Positions 41,302 to 50,466 are shown, counted from the stretch's first letter. The stretch is DNA of 64,000 nt from Arcicella sp. (GCA_014376355.1 JACMRQ010000441.1:15875-79874); one strand, 5' to 3'. Notes: a model not told the origin generated them from the letters alone. Made by a program: numbers and translations.

Positions 41302-41934
41302 ATGATATATGAAACGATTAACCAATTTGTAAAGACTGCCAAGACCAGCAGGAGTTCCGTTTACAGATTTTATAAAAAGAATGATGGTCTTTGGGAAGAA
41401 ACAAAAATGAAATCTAACAAACGGATGATTCCACAATCACACGCAAAGTATTTCGATAGCGATTTGCTTTTCGATGAATTACAGACATCAATCCTAGAAA
41501 TCAAATCGCTAAGAAGGCTTATTGATTGTCTGGCTGATAAGGAAACGCTACCTGCGACATTCTGGAATCTGGACTGGTCATTCTTTGTTACCGTTGCCTA
41601 CAGAGCGGAGCGTAACAAGAAATCCTGTTTCCGTATGATGACCGCGATGTTTGACGAAATCAATACCAAATATGGTGATTCAACGGACTTGCGTATGTTC
41701 TTTACGACCGAGCCATTCGCCAATCGCAAAGGCTATCACAACCACTTTGTAATTTACATCGAGAACAGGCAACTGCAAACCCAGATAATGCAGGACATTG
41801 AAAAATTCTTTGAGTACGACAGAGTTGATTCCAGTATCTATGACAAATACAAAGCGGGTCTGTTTTACATTACCAAGGATGGTCTGGAAAATGAGGACTG
41901 GTATTTCGATTGCAATTTAAATACTGCGGTGTAA
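41302..41934 (+). CDS. HTH plus HUH endonuclease (rolling-circle Rep-like)
   Basis: N-terminal SRSSVYR HTH; motif I FVTVAY, motif II GYHNHFVI, motif III YITK. Confidence 0.65.
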   Translation: MIYETINQFVKTAKTSRSSVYRFYKKNDGLWEETKMKSNKRMIPQSHAKYFDSDLLFDELQTSILEIKSLRRLIDCLADKETLPATFWNLDWSFFVTVAYRAERNKKSCFRMMTAMFDEINTKYGDSTDLRMFFTTEPFANRKGYHNHFVIYIENRQLQTQIMQDIEKFFEYDRVDSSIYDKYKAGLFYITKDGLENEDWYFDCNLNTAV

Positions 41935-42083
41935 TGAAAAAGATAAGAATCACCACCAAACAGATGCTTAAAATTTTGGAAACCGAAACCCCAAAATTTC
42001 CTTTGACAATCATAATGCGAGGAATTGATAAGGCTGAAATGGATGAGCTGGTAAAACTATTAAAGACAAAAAAGAAGGACTAG
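41934..42083 (+). CDS. Small hypothetical protein, 49 aa (not in the ORF track)
   Basis: TAATG coupling with the Rep-like gene; MKKIRITTKQMLKILETETPKFPLTIIMRGIDKAEMDELVKLLKTKKKD. Confidence 0.5.
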   Translation: MKKIRITTKQMLKILETETPKFPLTIIMRGIDKAEMDELVKLLKTKKKD

Positions 42084-42325
42084 CCTTTCTTTCTTAGTTC
42101 CAGACCATCAAGCAGCTCGCTGGGCTTCATTTCCAAAGCGGATGCAAGTTTAAAGAGCAGGTTCAGGGTCATGCCCTGACCGAAATCAAACAAAAGGCGT
42201 ATGGTCTTTTCATCGCAACCAGCACTTTTAGCAAAGTGGGTTTTATTGCCGTCGAATTTGGCGTTGAACTCTTTACGGATTCTTTCGGTTACTTCCTTTT
42301 TTATTTCGTCGAGCTGGTTGTGCAT
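42080..42325 (-). CDS. XRE-family HTH regulator
   Basis: KTHFAKSAGCDEKTIR...TLNLLFKLASALEMKPSELL. Confidence 0.85.
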   Translation of the reverse strand: MHNQLDEIKKEVTERIRKEFNAKFDGNKTHFAKSAGCDEKTIRLLFDFGQGMTLNLLFKLASALEMKPSELLDGLELRKKG

Positions 42326-42367
42326 TCAACAAAATTGAGGAAGACCACAAAAAAGGCATTGATTTTT

Positions 42368-42398
42368 AAACGGAGTTTTCTCCGTTTTTATATATTTG
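42368..42398 (+). promoter_or_regulatory. Operator palindrome plus -7 element
   Basis: aaacggag-tttt-ctccgttt (42368-42387) next to TATATTTG (42391-42398); divergent from the XRE gene. Confidence 0.65.
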
Positions 42399-42414
42399 CT
42401 GGACAACGCAAAAG

Positions 42415-42882
42415 ATGGTTTCAAAAATCAGGTTAACAATGTTTCATGTGGTTTCCCCGCTCCTGTTGGGAAGCCTTATTTATATCGCCTTTAGAAGTGA
42501 GCGGTTAAGGATGTTTGGATGGTTCGACAACTTTGGAATATCAAAATGGGTTCTTTCGCTAAGAGCTATCATCAATCCATACCAGTCCAATTTCCCAGAC
42601 TGGGTTTATTATTCGCTCCCAGATGGTCTTTGGGTCTATGCTTTTGCATCGGCTTACCTGATACTCTGGCGAAATGATTTAAGAGCCGTTAGGTTTTGGC
42701 TGTTGCTTCCCTTAGTGTTTGGATGCCTTGCCGAACTTGCGCAAGGGATGGGGATTGTACGCGGCACTTTTGACCTTATAGATTTATCCGTCTGTTCAAT
42801 AGCCCTTTTATTGAGCATCTTAATTTTTAACCAATCCATTTTAAAATATGAACAAACCAAACAAACTAAAAGTCATCAGTAG
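42415..42882 (+). CDS. Multi-pass membrane protein
   Basis: About 4 TM; SLPDGLW and ELAQ...GTFDLIDL (VanZ-like). Confidence 0.7.
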   Translation: MVSKIRLTMFHVVSPLLLGSLIYIAFRSERLRMFGWFDNFGISKWVLSLRAIINPYQSNFPDWVYYSLPDGLWVYAFASAYLILWRNDLRAVRFWLLLPLVFGCLAELAQGMGIVRGTFDLIDLSVCSIALLLSILIFNQSILKYEQTKQTKSHQ

Positions 42883-43171
42883 TATTTTTATCAGTTCCCT
42901 ATTCCTATTCCTTGCCTATGGAAGCGACAGCGACAGCAAGACCGAAAGCAGCGGCGACACCAGCTCAACCGAACAAACCTCAACGGTAGACGATAATAAT
43001 TGCGGCAGATGCGGCGGCTCTGGTGAAATTGCAACCTACGGAGCTGGCGGGTGTTCTGATATGTCGCACTTTCCATCAGGCGACTGCGGGCAACCTCATC
43101 ATACAGATTCATGTATTTCGAGCGGTTCCAAGACATGCCCTTGCTGTCACGGAACGGGAAAACGTAGTTAA
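42848..43171 (+). CDS. Exported or anchored protein with DnaJ-type CxxCxGxG motifs
   Basis: Hydrophobic N-terminus ending AYGSDS; CGRCGGSG and CPCCHGTG. Confidence 0.65.
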   Translation: MNKPNKLKVISSIFISSLFLFLAYGSDSDSKTESSGDTSSTEQTSTVDDNNCGRCGGSGEIATYGAGGCSDMSHFPSGDCGQPHHTDSCISSGSKTCPCCHGTGKRS

Positions 43172-43181
43172 CACAAACGAT

Positions 43182-43640
43182 ATGAAATTTAGACAGATAC
43201 ATTTTATTTCGATTGGCATAGCAGCCATTTTCCTGATGTTCGCCTATGGTTCCGATAGCTCAAAGAGCGATAGCGATTCAGAATCCTCATCATGCGATTA
43301 TGTAAGTTCCTTAAAAGATGTTAAACAATGCGCTGCGGGTGTTTGGATAGCAAAACCCACGGGAGACATCTGGAAAAGGATTGTCTTAAAATCCAACGGA
43401 ACTTACGACCTTTTTACAGCCACTCCAGAGAGCGGGAAATGGGGTAACGTCCCTGACTATTCTGGCACTTATGAAGTGGCAGAAGCCAGATATTCCGATA
43501 CAGGAAAAAAATACGTTTATATAAGGCTTAACGATAGCGGTCTATGCGCTTACCAGATGGTCTTTGACGGAACAACTGCTTTGGAGTGTAACGGGAATTA
43601 TGATGTCTTAAGCAAAGGGGACATTAATCCTTGGAATTAA
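43182..43640 (+). CDS. Exported or anchored hypothetical protein
   Basis: Likely ATG at 43182 (MKFRQIHF...), hydrophobic segment ending AYGSDS. Confidence 0.65.
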   Translation: MKFRQIHFISIGIAAIFLMFAYGSDSSKSDSDSESSSCDYVSSLKDVKQCAAGVWIAKPTGDIWKRIVLKSNGTYDLFTATPESGKWGNVPDYSGTYEVAEARYSDTGKKYVYIRLNDSGLCAYQMVFDGTTALECNGNYDVLSKGDINPWN

Positions 43641-43642
43641 AG

Positions 43643-43670
43643 AAAAGGTCTCTATAAAGAGACCTTTTTT
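43643..43670. terminator. Bidirectional terminator
   Basis: aaaaggtctct/agagacctttt between convergent genes. Confidence 0.75.
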
Positions 43671-43968
43671 ATTGTGTGAAAGCGTAAACGAACCAATTCT
43701 TTTTTATGTTTTCATAAAGAAGGGCGCGGGATTTTACAGCTTTGAGTTCTGGAAGCAGTAAACAATGCTCGACGTGGCGAAAGTTTTGGACTGTGAGCGC
43801 AAAATCATTGTCAGTTAGGAAATGGTTGCAAAAATACAATACCTCGTAACCTTCTGTTTTATCAACCAGAACTTTGTCTTTTATCCCTCTGTAATCTGGA
43901 TTGTCCCCGCCGTCAACATGCCAAGAGTAATCGTCTTTGTGAACTAAATCGTCTTTTGTAAATTTCAT
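43669..43968 (-). CDS. Hypothetical protein
   Basis: 99-aa ORF ending at the terminator. Confidence 0.6.
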   Translation of the reverse strand: MKFTKDDLVHKDDYSWHVDGGDNPDYRGIKDKVLVDKTEGYEVLYFCNHFLTDNDFALTVQNFRHVEHCLLLPELKAVKSRALLYENIKKNWFVYAFTQ

Positions 43969-44162
43969 GATAGTTAGGTGTGTTATTGTTTCTACAAAGA
44001 TAATATTATATCAAACGATAACAGCCTAGCGGTCTTTTTAATTAATTGCCAGGATTTCCTTACTTTTTCTTGCGTATTGATTTCCAGGTGTTTATGTTTG
44101 CAAAGTGGTTTGTAATAAATCACAAACGACCGTTTAAGTTTTAAAATAATCAAATATAAGCC

Positions 44163-44840
44163 ATGAAAAAGTACATCGCATATTACAGGGTAAGCAGAAA
44201 AGAACAAGGAATAAGCGGGCTAGGATTATCAGCCCAAAAAACATCGGTAATCAAATACACCGATTCGCAGGATGGTATCATCCTACAGGAGTTTACCGAA
44301 GTTGAAACTGGGACTAACAAAAGGGAGCGTGTAGAAATCCACAAGGCTATCCAACTGGCAAAGAATGAAGGCGCGGTTCTTGTCATTGCCAAGCTCGACA
44401 GGTTAGCCAGAAACGTCAGCTTTGTAAGTTCGCTTATGGATGCTGGTATTGAGTTCCTAGCGGTTGATATGCCATCCGCCAATAATTTCACAATCCATAT
44501 TTTTGCCGCCCTAGCTGAACAGGAAGCAAAATTGATAAGCTCTAGGACAAAATTGGCGTTGGCGGAATTAAAGAAAACAGGGGTAAAACTCGGAAACCCA
44601 AAGAACCTGACCAATGAAGCTAGGGCAAAAGGTGTAAACACAATTAAGGACAATGCGATGAACAACGACCGCAACCGTCAGGCTCAATCAGTAATCAGCA
44701 ATTGCAAGGAAAAGGGAATGACCTATAGGGAAATCGCAAGCTACCTTAACGGTCTAAATTTTAAGACCAGATACGGTAAAGAATTTATGCCTTCAACGGT
44801 GCATCAGCTCCATAATCGGACGTTATTCAATGCCGCATAA
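44163..44840 (+). CDS. Serine recombinase (resolvase family)
   Basis: YYRVS catalytic Ser, LVIAKLDRLARN, C-terminal HTH. Confidence 0.92.
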   Translation: MKKYIAYYRVSRKEQGISGLGLSAQKTSVIKYTDSQDGIILQEFTEVETGTNKRERVEIHKAIQLAKNEGAVLVIAKLDRLARNVSFVSSLMDAGIEFLAVDMPSANNFTIHIFAALAEQEAKLISSRTKLALAELKKTGVKLGNPKNLTNEARAKGVNTIKDNAMNNDRNRQAQSVISNCKEKGMTYREIASYLNGLNFKTRYGKEFMPSTVHQLHNRTLFNAA

Positions 44841-44924
44841 AAATATTAACAAAAATTTAACAACCCCAATTTCCCGAAAAGGCGAAATCGTTAAAATATT
44901 CATTTCCAGAAAACTAACTTTTTG

Positions 44925-44978
44925 AAAACGCAAATACTGTTTTATATTTCCAAAAAACGCAAATACTGTTTTATATTT
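44925..44978. repeat. Two perfect 25-nt direct repeats
   Basis: aaaacgcaaatactgttttatattt at 44925-44949 and 44954-44978. Confidence 0.9.
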
Positions 44979-45246
44979 AGCTAAAAGCCAGTACGTTACA
45001 ACTGTCTGATTTGCACAAAATTTTGATATTTCGTATCTTCGCAAAAGAATTCTATCGATAGAAATCCTTGCAAGTAATTTCCCATCCTGTTAGCTAAAGG
45101 ATGGTTCAGCAAAAAGTCTGGTGCTGTATAGCTGAACAGACCAGATTAAAAGTAATCAATCAAAATCTCACATTTAGGATTCGGTGTAAAAACCCGAAGG
45201 GCATTTCCTATGCCTAAAAATTAGGGATTAAATTCTAAACAAATTA

Positions 45247-45816
45247 ATGATTATGAAGGACTTAAACGAATTATTCAAATCTTTTGAAATAGGCATCAGA
45301 AGTGCCAAAGCCACCAAACCACAGAAGTATCTCAAAGAGCTGGGGCTGGATTATACAGATATGCGGATAGGATTCAATTCTGGACAGTTCCACCACCGCC
45401 AGAACCAAGAATTTAAAGACCATTTCGAGGCTCTGGGTATGCTTGCCAAAAGTGGTATGGGGGTTAGGGTAAAAGACATGACACCCTACACAGTTTTCGG
45501 TGGGTATGGTTTGATTTTTCCGCTGATGAACTCCGAGAACTTAGTGGTCAACTATTTTGCGATTCGGTTTAAGATGTCAACGCCTAAAGAGCAATACCTC
45601 AACGGCGATGGACTTTATCCGAGCTATCCGCACCCCAATACCAAGCGGCTGTTTATAACACCGACCCTGATGGACTGCGCGAGCCTAATACAATCCAAGG
45701 CTTTAGACCAACGGGAAGCGGCTTTGGCGTTGCATGATGGGGAATTGTTGCCGCAGCATATAGCCGCAATCAGGGAATTAAAGGAATTGGAGGAAGTGAT
45801 AATGATTAAACGATAA
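45247..45816 (+). CDS. DnaG-primase-like N-terminal part, degenerate
   Basis: KYLKELG...IGFNSG, LIFPL...VVNYFA, YL...GLYP; no Zn finger; TOPRIM Glu not evident. Confidence 0.55.
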   Translation: MIMKDLNELFKSFEIGIRSAKATKPQKYLKELGLDYTDMRIGFNSGQFHHRQNQEFKDHFEALGMLAKSGMGVRVKDMTPYTVFGGYGLIFPLMNSENLVVNYFAIRFKMSTPKEQYLNGDGLYPSYPHPNTKRLFITPTLMDCASLIQSKALDQREAALALHDGELLPQHIAAIRELKELEEVIMIKR

Positions 45817-45819
45817 CAG

Positions 45820-47484
45820 ATGGAGCAAATAATTACACAGATAAAGCAGTTAAAGCCAGAAGCGACAATAACGCTGTTAAGCCTTCCAGATGGGGACAGC
45901 ATGAATACCATGTGGCTGAACTACGGGACGCATGGGGTTACGGAATTCCTAAACGAAAGACCAAAGCCAGAACCAGAAGAAAGAGGGCTTATTATCCATA
46001 GCCCACAAAAGATAAGCTATAACAGCAAAGGGCTGACTTACATTATTGTCGGTCAGTTGTCAATGGATTTAGGAAATTTTAGGGTTGCCCTTAATATCGT
46101 TGTGGATGAAACCCAGCGCAAGCATAGGATTAAGGTTGACCTGTCGGATTTTGTGAGCGTCGAGGACAGATGCAAAGAATTATCTGAAAAGCATGGACTG
46201 GACAGCCACCAACTGGAAGCGGATTTCAACAGGATTGCCGACCTTCTGGAGCTGTATAAGGAAAGCCTTTTTGAAGATGAAATGACAGACCTGTATTCGG
46301 AAAAGGAACTAACGCCTAGGGCGATGGAGAAAGCGGTCGAGTTCCTTCAAAATCCAAGGCTGATGAAAAACATCGACAGCTTACTAGAAAAGACTGGGAT
46401 TATCGGGGAAGAGGATAACAGGAACGTCCTTTTCGTGGTAACCTCTGGCTACAAGATGCCCTATCCGTTACATTGTATGGTTCAGGGAACGAGCGGCGGC
46501 GGCAAAAGCCATTTGATTAACGCCATAGCCGAATGTATGCCGCAGGAAGACCTTCTGGACATGACAAGGATAACCAGCAAATCGCTTTACCATTACAGGG
46601 ATAAGGAACTTGTAAATAAACTGGTAGTGATACAGGATTTTGACGGTCTGGATGATGAAGCCCAATTTGCGTTCAGGGAGATACAGACGCACAAGAAGTT
46701 GAGCAGTTCTACAGCGATAAAGGATGCGCTGGGAAATACTAGGGGAAAGATTAAGACCGTACACGCCCACTTTGCTAGTCTGGTCGCCACCACAAGGGCA
46801 GAGCTTTATCTGGACAATATGAGCCGTTCGGTAATGCTTGGAATCGACGAGAGCGAGGCACAGACCCTGCGCATTATCAAAAGGCAAAACCAGAAAAAGG
46901 CGGGGCTTTCCAACAGGGACGAGGAACAGGAAGCAAAACAGTTGATTCGCAACTGTATGAGGGTATTAAAATCCCTTCAGGTCGTAAATCCTTTTGCCGA
47001 TAAATTGATGCTGCCATTGGAAGCCAAGATGCTGCGAAGATTAAACGAGCAATTTCAGGACTTTGTTTGCCAGATTACACTCCTGCACCAATACCAGAGG
47101 AAGACGGATTCACAGGGAAGATTGATTGCGACCAAGGAAGACATCAGGACGGCGGTTGAACTGTTCTTTAGTGCCATTATATTGAAAGTTGATGAATTGG
47201 ATGCAAGCACCCGCCAATTTTTTGAAAGCATCAAAACTTACGTGAAAAGCCAGACCAAAGGAACGACCTATAAATTCACAGCACTAGAAATAAGGCAAGC
47301 GACCAACAAAGAAAAATCGACAGCCAACAGGTACATAAAGACCTTACAGGGCTTGGAATATATCCAACAAGTTGAAGGGGCTGCCAACAAAGGATTCAAG
47401 TATGTAATCAGTTATTTCGATGACATGGAAAAACTCAAAGCAAGGGTTAAACAGGAATTGAATCGGCAATTGGATGAACTCTAA
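45820..47484 (+). CDS. P-loop ATPase/helicase of the primase-helicase module
   Basis: Walker A GTSGGGKS, Walker B VVIQD, C-terminal winged-helix-like region. Confidence 0.75.
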   Translation: MEQIITQIKQLKPEATITLLSLPDGDSMNTMWLNYGTHGVTEFLNERPKPEPEERGLIIHSPQKISYNSKGLTYIIVGQLSMDLGNFRVALNIVVDETQRKHRIKVDLSDFVSVEDRCKELSEKHGLDSHQLEADFNRIADLLELYKESLFEDEMTDLYSEKELTPRAMEKAVEFLQNPRLMKNIDSLLEKTGIIGEEDNRNVLFVVTSGYKMPYPLHCMVQGTSGGGKSHLINAIAECMPQEDLLDMTRITSKSLYHYRDKELVNKLVVIQDFDGLDDEAQFAFREIQTHKKLSSSTAIKDALGNTRGKIKTVHAHFASLVATTRAELYLDNMSRSVMLGIDESEAQTLRIIKRQNQKKAGLSNRDEEQEAKQLIRNCMRVLKSLQVVNPFADKLMLPLEAKMLRRLNEQFQDFVCQITLLHQYQRKTDSQGRLIATKEDIRTAVELFFSAIILKVDELDASTRQFFESIKTYVKSQTKGTTYKFTALEIRQATNKEKSTANRYIKTLQGLEYIQQVEGAANKGFKYVISYFDDMEKLKARVKQELNRQLDEL

Positions 47485-47592
47485 AAATACGCTGAATGGA
47501 ACACTAAAAGCCACAATACGCAAGGCATACGCCGCTGGCGTTCCAACTTCAGGGGAAATAGTATAAGGAATTGAATTTTTAAACCAAGGATT

Positions 47593-48504
47593 ATGAAAAA
47601 GCAAATACAGTCGCCAGCTTACAAACAGCATTTTAAAGATTACGACAGCTACATCAAGGGAAGGGATTATAAAGGCAAGATGTACCAGACGGCAGTTAAG
47701 GAATTTCTTATCTGGCTGGAAAATTACGGAATCCAGACCATGAAAGAGGTTACCACTAAAGAGATGCTCACATATTACGATTATCTAATAACAAGACCCA
47801 ACCAAAGGAAGCAGGGAACGCTAGCCGAGGCAACAATAAGGCTGCACTTGCTTTCAATCTATATATTCATCGACAACCTATTGTCATTGAATGAAATCCA
47901 GAAGGGCTTTTATATGCCAAATCCCAAATTCAGCGGCGAAGGGAAAAATCCCAGAAACACGCTGACGGTAGATGAAATCCTGACCCTATACCAGCACTCG
48001 GAAAATCTGCTGGAAAAGGCGTTGCTGTCTGTAGCATACGGATGCGGACTAAGGCGGGGCGAACTACAAAACCTCAATGTGAACGATGTCCAGTTGCACA
48101 GCGGAATACTGGTTGTAAGGAGCGGTAAAAATAACAAAAGTCGGGAAGTTCCGATGTGTGATTACGTTCTGGACAATGTAAAGAAATACATTAACGAGCG
48201 GCAGGAAACGCTAAGGGAGAAACAGATTGAAAACGGTTTCTTCATCGGAAAGAAAAGCAAACGGATGAGCGGCGAGAACCTCAACAAGACCCTAAAGCGA
48301 ATTATCGACAGAACCCAAAACATCACCATCATTGATAAGGATATTACGCTGCATTGCCTTCGCCACAGCATTGCGCACCATCTAGCGGAGAACAATGCAG
48401 GGATAGACTTCATTAGAAGCTTTCTGGGGCATTCTTACATCAATACAGCCTATATCTATGCCATCAGGAATAAGAAGCAAAACAAACGAATTACATTGAT
48501 TTAA
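47593..48504 (+). CDS. Tyrosine recombinase 1 (XerC/D-like)
   Basis: GCGLRRGE, GKNNK, HCLRH, LGH...IY: full catalytic set. Confidence 0.92.
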   Translation: MKKQIQSPAYKQHFKDYDSYIKGRDYKGKMYQTAVKEFLIWLENYGIQTMKEVTTKEMLTYYDYLITRPNQRKQGTLAEATIRLHLLSIYIFIDNLLSLNEIQKGFYMPNPKFSGEGKNPRNTLTVDEILTLYQHSENLLEKALLSVAYGCGLRRGELQNLNVNDVQLHSGILVVRSGKNNKSREVPMCDYVLDNVKKYINERQETLREKQIENGFFIGKKSKRMSGENLNKTLKRIIDRTQNITIIDKDITLHCLRHSIAHHLAENNAGIDFIRSFLGHSYINTAYIYAIRNKKQNKRITLI

Positions 48505-48509
48505 AGCCT

Positions 48510-49382
48510 ATGAAAAAACAACCGACCATTAAGGAATATCTTTTGGAGAATCTCGCCAGACAATCGGCGGAAAATTATCTTTATACCATCGAGAGTTTTC
48601 TAAAAGTCAATCCTAAAGCAAAGCGTTACAACTACCAGCAGATGGTAAATTATCTGGTTGAAATAAAGGAGCGTTACCCAAACACCCAGACCCGCATCCG
48701 TATTCTTTCGGCAATCAAAAAGTACTATAATTATCTTGTCTGGACTGGGCAAAGGCTTGACCATCCATGTAAGACCCTGACCATGAAAACCAGCGGGAAC
48801 CATTCTATCCAAATACAGGATTTGTTCAGTTCGGAGGATTTGGCAAAACTGATGCATCGGGACAATAGGTACAAGAATCTGGACATCCGAAACAAGGTAA
48901 TACTATCGCTTCTGATTAATCAGGGACTGACCAGCGATGAAATCATACGGCTGGAAGTTGATAATATTGATTTAGATGAATGTTCGGTTTACATTAAGGC
49001 ATCGAGCAAGTTGAACAGACGGACGCTTCCGCTAAAGGCTAACCAGATTAGGATTTTGGATGAATATATTAATGAAACCAGACCACAGATGTTAAGGGGA
49101 TTCAGGACTAGAAAACTCATAATTACCAAACTCGGGAAGCCCATAACAGTTGACAGTATCAATGCGATGGTCGAGCCATTGGACAGCCTATTTCCTGACA
49201 AGAAACTTAACCCGAGGACAATCCGAATGAGCGTAATTGCCAACTGGTTAAATGAGCGGAAAATGCCTTTAGAAGATGTCCAAAGGTTGGCTGGGCATAA
49301 ATGGCCTAGCACAACAGAGAAGTATTACAGGGTTGACAGTAATCAACAACGGGAATTGATTAACAAATTCTTTCCTCTTTAA
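48510..49382 (+). CDS. Tyrosine recombinase 2, non-canonical active site
   Basis: Integrase fold with QGLTSDE, PRTIRMS, AGH...TTEKY. Confidence 0.85.
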   Translation: MKKQPTIKEYLLENLARQSAENYLYTIESFLKVNPKAKRYNYQQMVNYLVEIKERYPNTQTRIRILSAIKKYYNYLVWTGQRLDHPCKTLTMKTSGNHSIQIQDLFSSEDLAKLMHRDNRYKNLDIRNKVILSLLINQGLTSDEIIRLEVDNIDLDECSVYIKASSKLNRRTLPLKANQIRILDEYINETRPQMLRGFRTRKLIITKLGKPITVDSINAMVEPLDSLFPDKKLNPRTIRMSVIANWLNERKMPLEDVQRLAGHKWPSTTEKYYRVDSNQQRELINKFFPL

Positions 49383-49390
49383 TTATTGAG

Positions 49391-49398
49391 TAACTTTG
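49391..49398 (+). promoter_or_regulatory. -7 element for the cargo gene
   Basis: TAACTTTG 8 nt after the integrase-2 stop. Confidence 0.55.
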
Positions 49399-49411
49399 CT
49401 TATATAACTTT

Positions 49412-50416
49412 ATGATTATGAAGAACTATACTGTTGACGAGCTAGATTTTAAAAACGGCGGGGAAGAAGAACAAATAAGAACCAGAAAAATTTTTGAAGA
49501 TTTGAGAGATAGGGCAATTGTTGGTAAGAAATTGCTTCAGAGGGAAAAGGACTTTTTATATACTGGGTTAAAGCTCTCTGATTTTGATGACGGAAAACCA
49601 GAAGACTTTGTAGCGTGTGACGATAATATTTTTAAAGAATTATATCTGACATATTTTCACAACGACCTTTCAGAACCATTTTATAAGCACAAGAAAGGCA
49701 TGGGAGTTGTCCAAGTAGGTTATCAGGAAAAAATTAAGGATTTTAAAACGTTAATGCAAATATCGGATGCTTGGTATAATGAAATTAAAAATGAGAAGCA
49801 TTCAGACCAAATTTTACAAGAGCTAGCGATTGAAACTAGAAGGGACATTAAAGCATTGGATGCAAAATACACACCTTTTTTAAAACGGTTCAGAAAATAT
49901 CAAGATGCATACAGGCTGAAAAAGGATAAACTTATATTGCAGTCAAAGTTTGTTTTTCTATTGGTGAAATCGGTTATTGAAAATAATAATAGTGAGGATT
50001 TTGAAATTCCATTTTCGGGTGAAACAATTGAGTTTACCATTTACTCGTTGGTTCACATTGTCAGTCGTCACTATGCCGAACCAATGAAAGACAATCCAGA
50101 TAAATCGTACCATTATGAAAACTTTTATCCAACTGAATTGCACATCGATTTAAAAAACATATTGCTTGAAATAGATAAATTAAACTTGATTGATATAAAT
50201 AAAAAGGATAACATTATCTTTAAGTTCAAGGGAATAATTTATCATCTTTGGATACAAAAAAGATACAAGCAAGTTAAAGGTCATGCTGGAAATATACAGA
50301 TATTCAGAGTGCAAACATTCTACCCAATCCATTCAGAAGCCGAAATCCAGAATGTAACGGAAAAATTTGAAGAAATTGCCGTTGCAGAAGAGCTTTCGGT
50401 TTTCATATCGAAATGA
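49412..50416 (+). CDS. Hypothetical protein, possible C-terminal RNase-like domain
   Basis: 334 aa; HIVSRHY and RVQTFYP motifs. Confidence 0.6.
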   Translation: MIMKNYTVDELDFKNGGEEEQIRTRKIFEDLRDRAIVGKKLLQREKDFLYTGLKLSDFDDGKPEDFVACDDNIFKELYLTYFHNDLSEPFYKHKKGMGVVQVGYQEKIKDFKTLMQISDAWYNEIKNEKHSDQILQELAIETRRDIKALDAKYTPFLKRFRKYQDAYRLKKDKLILQSKFVFLLVKSVIENNNSEDFEIPFSGETIEFTIYSLVHIVSRHYAEPMKDNPDKSYHYENFYPTELHIDLKNILLEIDKLNLIDINKKDNIIFKFKGIIYHLWIQKRYKQVKGHAGNIQIFRVQTFYPIHSEAEIQNVTEKFEEIAVAEELSVFISK

Positions 50417-50436
50417 GAGAAACAGAAAACCTCAAC

Positions 50437-50466
50437 AAGCCCGTCACTAGCGTGATGGGCTTTTTT
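50437..50466 (+). terminator. Intrinsic terminator
   Basis: aagcccgtcac/gtgatgggctt stem plus T run. Confidence 0.75.

Noticed and set aside
43023-43181. N-terminal extension of the 205-aa ORF
   Set aside because: Overlaps the upstream gene; ATG 43182 gives a proper signal sequence.
44925-44978. CRISPR interpretation of the 25-nt repeats
   Set aside because: Only two units, a 4-nt gap and no cas genes.
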